Assembly: GCA_963720545.1 (NCBI GenBank)
Contig: OY970399.1
Coordinates: forward strand, 512,001-576,000
From: an uncultured Acidobacteriota bacterium
GTDB lineage: Bacteria > Acidobacteriota > Vicinamibacteria > Fen-336
Direction of reading: 5' to 3'
Length of the DNA stretch: 64,000 bases
Shown here piece by piece: positions 18,764 through 28,224 of this stretch (its first letter is position 1; each line of letters opens with the position of its first letter). The notes under the pieces are model-generated. The model had not been told where the DNA came from. It made no database searches and saw only the letters and a program-made list of their open reading frames with translations. A program made the translations under genes and the position numbers.

Positions 18764-20977
18764 CTAGAAGCGGTGGATGTAGCTCGCCTTCAGGAACAGG
18801 CCGCGGCGGCTCGTCTGCCACGGGCCGGTGCCGAGCGTCTGCACGGTGCCGTCCCACTCCTGGCGCTCGATCAGTGAGCCGTAGCCCGCGTAGGCGACGG
18901 TGCCGGGGAGCAGCTCCCACGAGGCCAGCAGGTCGGTGAGGACGCGGCTGCGCGAGCTGTCGTAGTTGACGATGGCGCGAAACGAGAAACGGCGGTCGAG
19001 CTGGAACGTGGTCCTGGTGTTGAGGACGTTCACGGTGAAGACGCGCTCGCCGGTGGCGCGCCGCTCGAACTCGACGCGTTCGTAGTTGAACGTCTGGTTG
19101 AGCCGCGCGGTCGGCTGGAAGCCGACCTCGGAAATGATGCGGCGCTGGTTGCCCGAGAAAGGCGACACGGGATCGTAGAAGATCGCGCGGCCGAACTCGA
19201 AGCGGTTGTTGAAGTAGAGCCAGCGCGTGATCTGCGCTTCGGTGAAGACACGAAAGCTGTTTATCGGGTAGATCTGGAACAGCCACGGCTCGCGGCCAAA
19301 CATGTAGTCGAGGCGCAGCTGCCCCTGGCGGGTCATGAAGAAGCGCACGCCGGAGACGTTGAGCCAGGTGTTGCCGCCCTGGATGCGGTCCTTGCCGAGA
19401 CGGTAGAAGGTGAAGGGCGAGACGCGCCGCAGCCACGGGTTCTCCTTCTTCGACCTCGGGTAGAGGCTCAACTGCAGGAAGCCCTGCGCCTGCGTGATGC
19501 CGACCTGGTTGACGAACGCGGTGTCCATCTGGAAGCCGCGGTCGAAGTGCTCGAGCTGGTTGTAGAAGAAGATCGTGCGGTTGCCGTACTCGTGGTACAC
19601 CTGCCCGCCAAGCCCGTCGCTGCGTGCGCCTTCGGGCGCCTCCGTCTGGGTGCCGTAGAAGGTCGCCGTCGCCTTGTGGCCGCCGCGCTTCACCGCGACA
19701 TCCGCGGCCGCGACGCGGTTGTGGGCGCTGCCGAACTCGGTGTCGGTCACGAGCCCGCCCAGGTAGCTGTCGGAGCCGAAGCTGTACTGGCCGCGCGCGA
19801 TGAAGAACCCCTTGCTGTTGCCAGGGAACGGGCTCTGCGCGTCGCTGAAGGAGCGGCCCGGCGCTTCGTCGCCGGCCGCGAGCACGGCGAAGTTCACGCG
19901 GCCCAGGGCACCCGAGGTCTTGGTGCCCCAGAGCGGATCGACGATGCGGCGGGTGTGCACCGCGGTGCGCATGATGGCGTCGCCGTTCACGCCTGCCATC
20001 TCGAAGGTGCCGAGGCCCTCCATGAAAAATGGCCTCTTCTCGGCGAAGAACAGCGGGAAGCGGTTGTTGACGTCCACCTGGAACGCGTCGCTCTCCACCT
20101 GGCTGAAGTCGGGGTTGAGCGTGCCTTCGATGGTGGCCGCGGAGGTGATTCCGTACTTCACCGACAGGCCGGCATCGGGGTCGTTGTTGGCCCGCCCGAA
20201 GCCGAGCGCCGAAGTGCGCTGCTCGCTGCGGCCGAAGGTGGCGCTCGGGATCACCTCTAGCGTCAGCGGCCGGCGCACGTCGCGCAGCGTCATCAGCGCC
20301 TGGCTGCCGAAGGTGCTGGCGCTTGCCGGAATTGCCGGCCATGAGACGGATACGCCGAGACGGCTCACCCGCCGCCAGAACAGGATGCCCATCCGCACCT
20401 GCTCGCCGCTCGTGAAGCGGACGGTGGTGAGCGGGACGCGAATCTCGACATCGTAGCCCTGGGCGGTGCGTCGGCCGGCGCTGTCCCAGACGAAGTCGGG
20501 GGCGTTGTTCTCGCCGGCGCTCGCCGAGTTGAGGATGTCGCCCTGCACGCCCAGCGGGTTGACGAACAGGTCGTACGAGCTCTGGCCGTTGCCCAGCGAA
20601 TCGAGGCTGAGACCGACCCAGTCGTCGTTGAAGAGGCCGTCGCGCCGGCTCAGCGTGCCGCGCACGCCCGCAGGTTCCGGGTCGATGCAATGGAAGGCGA
20701 AGTAGAGGTACTTGTCGTCGTAGGCGCCGCGGACTTCGGTCGTCTGCGGCAACGTGCTGCCGTTCAGCGGGTTATAGCTGAGCCACGAGACGGGGGCGAG
20801 CGGCGCGGCCTGCCAGGCGGCATCGTCGAGGTTGCCGTCGATCGCCGGCGCCGCCGCGGCGCGCGGCAGTTCGAAAAGCTCTTTCTCCGCAGCGGCCGCG
20901 GCCGTGCCTGCGACCGGCGCCAGCGCGGCACAGGTGAAAAGGAGCGCCTTGGCCACGCCGCGGGACAGAGTTCTCAT
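18764..20977 (-). CDS. CBM9-like sugar-binding domain + DUF5916 outer-membrane protein
   Basis: P.IDG.LDD.AW, YD...LY.AF, NPDFSQVESD, F..EKRPFF.EG, aromatic C-terminus KASYIHRF. Confidence 0.88.
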   Translation of the reverse strand: MRTLSRGVAKALLFTCAALAPVAGTAAAAAEKELFELPRAAAAPAIDGNLDDAAWQAAPLAPVSWLSYNPLNGSTLPQTTEVRGAYDDKYLYFAFHCIDPEPAGVRGTLSRRDGLFNDDWVGLSLDSLGNGQSSYDLFVNPLGVQGDILNSASAGENNAPDFVWDSAGRRTAQGYDVEIRVPLTTVRFTSGEQVRMGILFWRRVSRLGVSVSWPAIPASASTFGSQALMTLRDVRRPLTLEVIPSATFGRSEQRTSALGFGRANNDPDAGLSVKYGITSAATIEGTLNPDFSQVESDAFQVDVNNRFPLFFAEKRPFFMEGLGTFEMAGVNGDAIMRTAVHTRRIVDPLWGTKTSGALGRVNFAVLAAGDEAPGRSFSDAQSPFPGNSKGFFIARGQYSFGSDSYLGGLVTDTEFGSAHNRVAAADVAVKRGGHKATATFYGTQTEAPEGARSDGLGGQVYHEYGNRTIFFYNQLEHFDRGFQMDTAFVNQVGITQAQGFLQLSLYPRSKKENPWLRRVSPFTFYRLGKDRIQGGNTWLNVSGVRFFMTRQGQLRLDYMFGREPWLFQIYPINSFRVFTEAQITRWLYFNNRFEFGRAIFYDPVSPFSGNQRRIISEVGFQPTARLNQTFNYERVEFERRATGERVFTVNVLNTRTTFQLDRRFSFRAIVNYDSSRSRVLTDLLASWELLPGTVAYAGYGSLIERQEWDGTVQTLGTGPWQTSRRGLFLKASYIHRF

Positions 20978-21027
20978 CCGGTATTGAGACGACGGCCGCC
21001 GCGTCCAGGTTTACCGAAAAGCCGGCG

Positions 21028-23751
21028 TCAGCGTTTGAAGAGCTTCTTGAGGCGCGCAGCCGCGTCGGCGATGCCCGTGGGCGCCGGAGTGCCCTTCCCC
21101 TTCGGCTGGGCGCCTGCCGGCGGCGGGTTTGGCGGTGGTTCGAGGGCGGCGAGGGCCGCCTTGGCGCCGGGGAGGTTCGGCTGCAGCTCGAGCGCCTTCT
21201 TCAATGACGTGGCGGCGCGCGCCTTGAGCCCGGTGAGGTGATAGACGGTGCCGAGGGCGAAATGGGCGTCGGCGTAGTTGGGGGCCTCGTCGATGACGCT
21301 TTGCAGCGTGCGCTCGGCGCGCTTGGCGCCCCCGGGCATGTGCGAGTACGCGCGGCCGAGGGCCACGAGGCCGCGGAGCCGCGACGGGCCCTGCACCCGG
21401 GGTATCGCCGACTCCAGCGGGAAGATGGCGTCGGCGAAGCGGCCCGCCGCCACCAACGACTCGCCCTCGGCGATGCGCGACTCGCCGTCCGGCTGCGCCG
21501 TCACCGCGGCGGTCGGCGGCTCGGCCTGCGCTTGCGCCGCCGCGGCCGCCGGGCGGCGCTTCTGCGGATGCAGTTGCTCGTAGGCGGCGCGGCCGGCCGC
21601 GGTCTTGAGCGAGTCGAACGCTTCTCCCAGCTTGACGAACACCGCGTTGCGCTTTTCCTTCAGGTCGAGGAGCGAGTTGGCGAGCGCCGCGTCGGGATGG
21701 AAAGTGCGCGCCAGCCGGAAGTACGCGTCCTTGATCTGCGCATCGCTGGCGCCGCGATCGACGAGCAGGATCTCGTAGTAGTCGCGCGCCTTGAGGCTCG
21801 CGAAGGCATCCTCGATCTCGCGGCGCCGCGTCTGGGTTGGCGGCGGCTCCGGCGGCGGCGCGGCCGGTTGCGGCGGCGATGCTCGCTGATATTGCTGCGG
21901 TTGCTGGTGCTGCTGCTGCCGCGGGCGCTGCGGCGGCGCCGGCTGGCGTGCCGCCGGTGGCGGCGCCGCCTGGCTCGGCGGGATCGTGTGCGCCGGCGTG
22001 TGGTGCTCCAGCACCGGCTGCGGCGGCGGCACGTAGCGAATCGACGGCCCGCCGCCCTGCGAGCGGTGGCTGCCGGTGCGCGGCATGTACTCGACCATAC
22101 CGGTGAGCAGCAGGCCGAACAGGCTGCGCTCGGAGTCCTCGGTCGGCACCGGCAGCAGCTGCACGACCTCTTTCGCCGTCATGGTGCCGTCGATGCGTGA
22201 CAGCAGGAAGGCGTCGGTGGGCGTGAGGTTCAGTTTCTGGAAGCGCAGCATCGGGTTCGTGGACAGCGTCAGCACGCGGTCGCGGCTGCCGAGCGTCTTC
22301 TGCACGAGCTCCGGATCCTGGATGCGGCGCGTCAGCTCGAGGATCATGTAGCCGGGCAGGATGCGCGACGACAGGTCTTCGTGTTCGATCGCGTCCTGTG
22401 ACATCTCCTCGAACACGTAGCTGCCGTCGGTGCGGCCGGCGACGTTCGAGAGGATCTCGCGCACATGCAGCGCCACGTGGTCCTCGAGGCGCCCGCGGTC
22501 GAGGATGCCGAGCTCGGCGAGCACCGTGCCGAGCCGCCGCCGCTGGCCGAGCACCAGCGTGGTGGCGCGGTCGAGGTCGTCCTGGCTGATGACGCCGTAG
22601 CGCACCAGCACGTCGCCCAGGCGCTCGCCCGGAACGTCGCTGCTGCCGAGCAGGATGTGGCCGCGGCCGATGCGCAGGCTGCGCAGTTCGTTCTTGTCCT
22701 TGCCGTAGACGAAGTGCAGCTGGCCGCTCTTGCCGCCGATGTAGATGTCGCGCATCAGCGCGAACAAGGGGGTCGGGTCGCCCGTGGGCTGCGGCAGCAC
22801 CAGCGGCGTGACCGGTCGCGGCGTCGGCGTGCGCGGCGCCCGCATCGAACCGGGCATGATGGTCGCGGCTTCCGGCATCGCCGCCGCCACCGCGGTCGCG
22901 GCCTGGTAGCCGGGCAGGTTGCGCAGCGCCGTTGCGAACTCCGCGGTCGTCTGGTAGCGCTGGTCGGGATTGCGCGCCAGTGCCTTGGTGATGACCGGCA
23001 GCACGCTCTGCGAGTCGGGATCGGCGGCGAGCTCGAACTTCGGCTCTTCGTTGATGATCTTGTAGAGCGTCGACAGCACGCTCTCGGCCTGGAACAGACG
23101 CCGCCCGGTCATCAGCTCGTAGAGCACGGTGCCGGTCGAGAAGACGTCGCTGCGGCCGTCGGCGAGCTGGCCCCTCACCTGCTCGGGCGACATGTAGTAC
23201 GCGGTTCCCACCACGGTGCCGACGCCGGTGGCCGACGCGGTCGTGAGCCGCGCCACGCCGAAGTCCATGATCTTCACCGTGCCGTCCTCGGTGAGGAAGA
23301 TGTTCGCGGGCTTGACGTCGCGGTGAACGATGCCGACGGTGTGCGCGTGACCCAGGCCCTCGAGCGCCTGCAGCATGATGTCGATCTTCTGGCGAAACGG
23401 CGGCTCCGGCCCGTCGCGCATCAGCTGGAAGAGGTCGCGCCCCTGCAGGAACTCCATCGCGATGTACGGCGAGCCGTCGGTGTGGTAGCCGAGGTCGAAG
23501 ATGCCGACCACGTTCGGGTGGCTCATGCGCGCGACCGCGCGCGCCTCGCGCTCGAAGCGGTGCTTCTGCTCCGGGTCCTCGGCGGCTTGCGGCAGCATGA
23601 CCTTGAGCGCCACGTTGCGCTCGAGGAACGGGTCGTTCGCCTGGTAGACGGCGCCCATGGCACCCTTGCCGACCCGGCGCACGATGTCGTACTTCCCGAT
23701 GCGGCCGGAAATCTCCCCGAGATCGGCCGCCGGGTGAGGGTTATCGCTCAA
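21028..23751 (-). CDS. Ser/Thr protein kinase fused to DUF4388-like, DnaJ (J) and TPR domains
   Basis: GKGAMG, VALK, HRDVKPAN, DFG and YMSPE kinase motifs; RLGDVLV/RLGTVL repeats; DYYEIL...IKDAYFRLARTFHPD J domain; C-terminal TPRs; TTG start with AAAGGA RBS. Confidence 0.88.
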   Translation of the reverse strand: MSDNPHPAADLGEISGRIGKYDIVRRVGKGAMGAVYQANDPFLERNVALKVMLPQAAEDPEQKHRFEREARAVARMSHPNVVGIFDLGYHTDGSPYIAMEFLQGRDLFQLMRDGPEPPFRQKIDIMLQALEGLGHAHTVGIVHRDVKPANIFLTEDGTVKIMDFGVARLTTASATGVGTVVGTAYYMSPEQVRGQLADGRSDVFSTGTVLYELMTGRRLFQAESVLSTLYKIINEEPKFELAADPDSQSVLPVITKALARNPDQRYQTTAEFATALRNLPGYQAATAVAAAMPEAATIMPGSMRAPRTPTPRPVTPLVLPQPTGDPTPLFALMRDIYIGGKSGQLHFVYGKDKNELRSLRIGRGHILLGSSDVPGERLGDVLVRYGVISQDDLDRATTLVLGQRRRLGTVLAELGILDRGRLEDHVALHVREILSNVAGRTDGSYVFEEMSQDAIEHEDLSSRILPGYMILELTRRIQDPELVQKTLGSRDRVLTLSTNPMLRFQKLNLTPTDAFLLSRIDGTMTAKEVVQLLPVPTEDSERSLFGLLLTGMVEYMPRTGSHRSQGGGPSIRYVPPPQPVLEHHTPAHTIPPSQAAPPPAARQPAPPQRPRQQQHQQPQQYQRASPPQPAAPPPEPPPTQTRRREIEDAFASLKARDYYEILLVDRGASDAQIKDAYFRLARTFHPDAALANSLLDLKEKRNAVFVKLGEAFDSLKTAAGRAAYEQLHPQKRRPAAAAAQAQAEPPTAAVTAQPDGESRIAEGESLVAAGRFADAIFPLESAIPRVQGPSRLRGLVALGRAYSHMPGGAKRAERTLQSVIDEAPNYADAHFALGTVYHLTGLKARAATSLKKALELQPNLPGAKAALAALEPPPNPPPAGAQPKGKGTPAPTGIADAAARLKKLFKR

Positions 23752-23817
23752 CCAATGTCCTTTGCGGCGTAGTGTAATCGACCTTCCGGTTCGACCCTTG
23801 TGCTAGCCTGCGCGGCG

Positions 23818-25185
23818 ATGAATTGCCCGTTTCGCCGGTCGGTCGCGGCGGCTGCCGCCATCGCGATTTCCCTTGGCGCGGCGCGCCTTTTCGCGGCACC
23901 GCCGGCGCCGGCCCCGGTGGCGCGCGCCACGCTGGCACTGGTCGGCGGACAGGTGATCGACGGTTACGAAGGGCCACCCATCCACGACGGGGTCGTGCTC
24001 ATCGGCGGTGAGCGCATCCTCGCGGTCGGCAAGCGCGGCGAGGTCGATGTCCCCGAGGGCGTCAAGGTCATCGACACCCGCGGCATGAGCGTCCTGCCCG
24101 GGCTCATGGACATGCACGTGCACTTGATGCTCCTCGGCCACGCCGACTACGAGCACTGGGACCACACCTACATGCAGCGCTTCCGCAACGAGATCATGCC
24201 GATCGCCGCGCGCCAGCTGCTGATGGCCGGGGTCACCACGGTGCGCGACCTGGGCGCGCCGCTCGAGGACATCCTGGCGGTGCGCGAGCGCATCGCGAAG
24301 GGCGAGATTCCCGGGCCGCGGGTCTTTGCCTCCGGACCCTTCATCCAGAAGGCGCCGTACTTCGAGTACGAGAAGTTCGTGCGCTGGGGCGTGGACGGCG
24401 CCGACGACGCGCGCGCCAAGGTGCAGAAGATCATCGACGCGGGCGTCGACTTCATCAAGCTCATCGACCAGGACCAGATGACCGAGGCCGAAGTGGCCGC
24501 GGTGGTCGAAACCGCGCACAAGGCCGGCAAGCAGGTGATCGCGCACGCGCATCGCGAAGACGAGATCCGCATCGGCCTGAAGTATGGCGTGGACGGGTTC
24601 GAGCACACCGGGCTCGCCACCTCGCCGGGCTATCCGGAGGACATCCTGGCCGGGCTGCGCAAGCGCAACAACACGCTCTTCTGGTGCCCGACCGTCGAGG
24701 GCCTGCTGCTCGCCGAATACACCGCACGCACCTTCCCCGAGCGCCTCGACGACCCCGACTGGCAGAAGGACATGCCGCGCGAGATCGCCACCGACATCCG
24801 CCGCTCGCTAGACAACATCACGGCGCTCGACTACTTCACGCTCACCTTCCGCCGCCTGCCGACGCTGAAACAGAAGTTCCAGCAGCTGCGCGACACCGGC
24901 GTCACGCTGATGGTCGGCACCGACAGCGGCATCCCCGGCAACTTCAACAACGATTCCACCTGGCGCGAGCTCGACACCTGGGTGAAGTTCGGGATGACAC
25001 CGATGCAGGCGATCGCCGGAGCGACGCGCTGGCCGGCGCGCTTCCTGCGTAGGGACAAGGAGCTCGGCACCCTGCGGACCGGCGCCTATGCCGACGTCAT
25101 CGCCGTGAAGGGCGACGTGCTCGCGAACATCGGCCTGCTGCAGCGCGTGGACGTGGTGGTGAAGAACGGCGCGCGAGTGAAGTAG
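23818..25185 (+). CDS. Secreted amidohydrolase (Xaa-Pro dipeptidase-like)
   Basis: VLPGLMDMHVH, GVTTVRDLG, AHAH, EH, GTDSG, G.YAD.IAV.G motifs. Confidence 0.9.
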   Translation: MNCPFRRSVAAAAAIAISLGAARLFAAPPAPAPVARATLALVGGQVIDGYEGPPIHDGVVLIGGERILAVGKRGEVDVPEGVKVIDTRGMSVLPGLMDMHVHLMLLGHADYEHWDHTYMQRFRNEIMPIAARQLLMAGVTTVRDLGAPLEDILAVRERIAKGEIPGPRVFASGPFIQKAPYFEYEKFVRWGVDGADDARAKVQKIIDAGVDFIKLIDQDQMTEAEVAAVVETAHKAGKQVIAHAHREDEIRIGLKYGVDGFEHTGLATSPGYPEDILAGLRKRNNTLFWCPTVEGLLLAEYTARTFPERLDDPDWQKDMPREIATDIRRSLDNITALDYFTLTFRRLPTLKQKFQQLRDTGVTLMVGTDSGIPGNFNNDSTWRELDTWVKFGMTPMQAIAGATRWPARFLRRDKELGTLRTGAYADVIAVKGDVLANIGLLQRVDVVVKNGARVK

Positions 25186-25187
25186 CG

Positions 25188-25451
25188 ATGGGCAACTTCA
25201 TGGGCGGCAGCGCGCCGGCGATGGCGGGACAGATCGCCGAGGGCTTCATCCTGCTGAGCGCGCAGACACTGAAGGGCTACCAGCCGGGCGAGCTGCAGCT
25301 GCTGCGCGGCGAGCTCGACAAGCACCTGCGCGAGGTGCGCGCCACCATCACGCCGCCCGACGACGCGCTCGCCGCCGCGGCCCGCAACCGCAAGATCGCA
25401 AGGATCAGCTCCGCGCTGCAGGTGGTGCTGAACCAGATCAACACGCGTTGA
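25188..25451 (+). CDS. Small helical hypothetical protein (87 aa)
   Basis: Starts 2 nt after the amidohydrolase stop and overlaps the symporter start (TTGA); normal codon usage. Confidence 0.7.
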   Translation: MGNFMGGSAPAMAGQIAEGFILLSAQTLKGYQPGELQLLRGELDKHLREVRATITPPDDALAAAARNRKIARISSALQVVLNQINTR

Positions 25452-26896
25452 AGCTGACGCCGGCGGCGATCGCCGTCCTCCTCAGCTACGTGCTCGCGAT
25501 CACCGCGTTTGGCACCTGGCTCGGCCGCCGCCAGCGCTCGGTGCGCGACTACTTCCTCGCCGGCCGCTCGGTGCCGTGGTGGGCCATCGCCGCGTGCGTG
25601 GTGGCGACCGAGACCAGCACCCTCACCTTCATCGGCATTCCCGGCACCGCGTATCTCGGCAACTGGAAGTTCCTGCAGCTCGCGTTCGGCTACATCGTGG
25701 CGCGTTTCATCATCGCCGGGCTGTTCCTGCCCGCCTACTTCCGCGGCGACCTCTACACCTCCTACGAGCTCCTCGACCGCCGCTTCGGCACGCCCGTGCG
25801 CGCCACGTCCGCGGGCATCTTCCTGCTCTACCGCACGCTCGGCGACGGCATTCGCCTGCACGCGGCAGCGCTGGTGCTGTCGATCGCCGCCGGCGTGCCC
25901 GAGTGGTGGTGCATTGCCGTGCTGGGCATCGCGATGATCCTCTACACCGAGGAGGGCGGCGTCAGCGCCACCATCTGGACCGACACCATCCAGATGTTCG
26001 TCTACCTCGCGGGCGCGCTCGTGTGCCTGGTGGCGGTGATCCACGCGCTGCCGGTGTCCTTTGGCACCGCCATGCAAACGGCGAGCGCCGCCGGCAAGAC
26101 TCAGGTGTTCGACTTTTCCTTCGACCTGCGCCAGCCGTACACCTTCTGGGCCGGCCTGCTTGGCGGCGCGTTCCTGGCGCTCGCCACCCACGGCACCGAC
26201 CACTACCTGGTGCAGCGCATGCTGGTCGCGAAGAGCCAGCGCGACGCGGCCGCCGGCATCATCGCCTCGGGCTTCCTGGTGTGCGCGCAGTTCGTGCTGT
26301 TCCTGGCGCTCGGCGCGCTCTTCTGGGTGTACTACGGCGGCAAGGCGTTTGCCCGCGGCGACCTGGTGCTGCCGACCTTCGTCACCGAGACGCTGCCGGG
26401 GCCGTGGGTGGGCTTCATCCTCGCCGCCATCGTCGCCGCAGCGCTCTCGCCCTCGCTCAACTCGATGGCGTCCGCCACGCTGCGCGATTTCTACCTGCCG
26501 TATTTTCGCCCGCAGGCGGACGAGCCGACACAGATGCGGGTGGCGCGCGCCTTCACCGTCTTCTGGGGCGTCTGTCAGATCGCCGTCGCGATCGCGGCGC
26601 AGCAGGTGCCGTCGGCGCTCGAGGCCGGGCTCGCGACGCTCGGTTATGCGTCGGGTCCCACCGTCGGCGCCTTCCTGCTGTGCCTGCTCACCACCCGCGC
26701 CACCACCTCGGGCACCCTCGTCGGCATGCTCGGCGGGCTGCTCATCAGCTTGTCCACCGGACTGCTGGCGCCGTGGATCATCGGCGCTCCCGGCGTCGCC
26801 TGGACCTGGAACGTGCTGGTCGGCGCCGTGATGACCTACGCGATCGGCCTGCTGGCGAGCGGCCGGCCCGTGCCCGGCCGGACCCTGACTCAATAG
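25448..26896 (+). CDS. Sodium:solute symporter (SSS family)
   Basis: DYFLAGRS.PWW, ATETS..TF.G.PG, Y...GG..A.IWTD.IQ, VQR.L, about 13 TM helices. Confidence 0.93.
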   Translation: MKLTPAAIAVLLSYVLAITAFGTWLGRRQRSVRDYFLAGRSVPWWAIAACVVATETSTLTFIGIPGTAYLGNWKFLQLAFGYIVARFIIAGLFLPAYFRGDLYTSYELLDRRFGTPVRATSAGIFLLYRTLGDGIRLHAAALVLSIAAGVPEWWCIAVLGIAMILYTEEGGVSATIWTDTIQMFVYLAGALVCLVAVIHALPVSFGTAMQTASAAGKTQVFDFSFDLRQPYTFWAGLLGGAFLALATHGTDHYLVQRMLVAKSQRDAAAGIIASGFLVCAQFVLFLALGALFWVYYGGKAFARGDLVLPTFVTETLPGPWVGFILAAIVAAALSPSLNSMASATLRDFYLPYFRPQADEPTQMRVARAFTVFWGVCQIAVAIAAQQVPSALEAGLATLGYASGPTVGAFLLCLLTTRATTSGTLVGMLGGLLISLSTGLLAPWIIGAPGVAWTWNVLVGAVMTYAIGLLASGRPVPGRTLTQ

Positions 26897-28200
26897 AGAA
26901 GGTACGGCGTGCGCGTGCGGCGAAACGCTGCGACGTCGGCCTCGTCGGCGGCGACGATCGCGGCCGGGTCGAGGCCGCGTTCGAGACGTTCGCGCAGCGC
27001 CTTCGTGCCCACGAGCCGGTCGAGCGCAGCACCGCCGTCGCGAAACTGCAGCTCGCGGCGGTGGCGGCGCATCAGGAACGAGAGCAGCTCAACGCCAAGG
27101 CGATAAGGCGAGCCGGAAGCCGCGGCATCGGCCGCCACGCGCACGCCGGGGCATTCTTCACCGGCGAACTTCGGCGCCGGCGCGGCGGCACTCGCCCGCG
27201 GCGTGAACCGCAGCGGCGTCAGCGTGTAGCCGTCGATCCGCACGTCACGAGCCAGCGCTTCCGCGTCCAGCCAGGGCGCGCCGATGACGGCGAACGGGTC
27301 GTCGCTGCCACGGCCTTCACTGACGTTCACCGCCTCGAGCAGGCAGGTGCCGGGATAAGCCATGGCGGCGTCTGCGCTGCGCAGGTTCGGCGACGGCGCC
27401 ACCCAGGGAAGCCCGGTGGCGCGCCAGGTCATGTCGCGCCGCCAGTTCGCGATCTTGACGACATCGAGAGTCGGCGCCGGCTGCATCGATGCGGTCAGCA
27501 GGCGCGCCATCTCCCCCGCGGTCAGGCCGAAGACGAGCGGTCCGGGCAGGCGGCTGAGGAGCGAGCGCGGCACCGAACCATCGGCGGGCGGACCTTCGAC
27601 GCGCACGCCGCCGAGAGGGTTGGGGCGGTCGAGCACGACGCAGCGCAGGACGGCGCGGCCGGCCGCTTCGAGCGTCAGAGACACCGTCGCGAGGTACGTG
27701 TAGAAGCGCACGCCGGCGTCCTGGACGTCGATCACCAGCGCGTCGAGCCCGGCAAGGTCTGCGGCCTGCGGCGCGCCTTTCTCTCCATACAGGCTCACGA
27801 CCGGGATACCCGAGTCGGGATCGGTTCCTGACGCGACTTTCTCCCCCGCCGCCGCGCGACCGCGCAGCCCATGCTCAGGAGTGAAGAGCCGCACCACGCG
27901 CACTTGTGCGGTTCGCAGCACGTCGATCGCATGCCGCCCGTCGCGGGTCACCGACGCCGCATGCGCGAGCAGTCCAACGCGCTTCCCGATGAGTCCTGAC
28001 TCTCCCCCCGTTGCGACGACGTCCAGACCAGTTGCGACGACATCGGCTGCGAAAGGAATGTCGGCCTCAGTCTGGGCCGAAGCTGGCGGCGCCTCTCGCG
28101 CCGCCAGCGAAGCCCCGAGGAGCACTGCTGACCGGGCGACGAGGGGTCTCGTTGCGACTGCAACAGGAAGGGATTGCAGGAATTTGCGGCGCTGTATCAC
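26890..28200 (-). CDS. namZ: Exo-beta-N-acetylmuramidase NamZ (DUF1343), Tat-exported
   Basis: RRKFL Tat motif; LFTPEHG.RG, SLYG, D.QD.G.RFYTY, LDRPNP.GG, W..PSPN, SEGRG. Confidence 0.9.
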   Translation of the reverse strand: MIQRRKFLQSLPVAVATRPLVARSAVLLGASLAAREAPPASAQTEADIPFAADVVATGLDVVATGGESGLIGKRVGLLAHAASVTRDGRHAIDVLRTAQVRVVRLFTPEHGLRGRAAAGEKVASGTDPDSGIPVVSLYGEKGAPQAADLAGLDALVIDVQDAGVRFYTYLATVSLTLEAAGRAVLRCVVLDRPNPLGGVRVEGPPADGSVPRSLLSRLPGPLVFGLTAGEMARLLTASMQPAPTLDVVKIANWRRDMTWRATGLPWVAPSPNLRSADAAMAYPGTCLLEAVNVSEGRGSDDPFAVIGAPWLDAEALARDVRIDGYTLTPLRFTPRASAAAPAPKFAGEECPGVRVAADAAASGSPYRLGVELLSFLMRRHRRELQFRDGGAALDRLVGTKALRERLERGLDPAAIVAADEADVAAFRRTRTPYLLY

Positions 28201-28224
28201 TGGCGGTTTGTCACCGCGCTCGGG

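Noticed and set aside
28010..28044. Short direct repeat (GTTGCGACGAC twice, 21-nt period) in namZ
   Set aside because: It is a two-copy in-frame duplication (DVVATG) near the N-terminus, too short to indicate a mobile or regulatory element.
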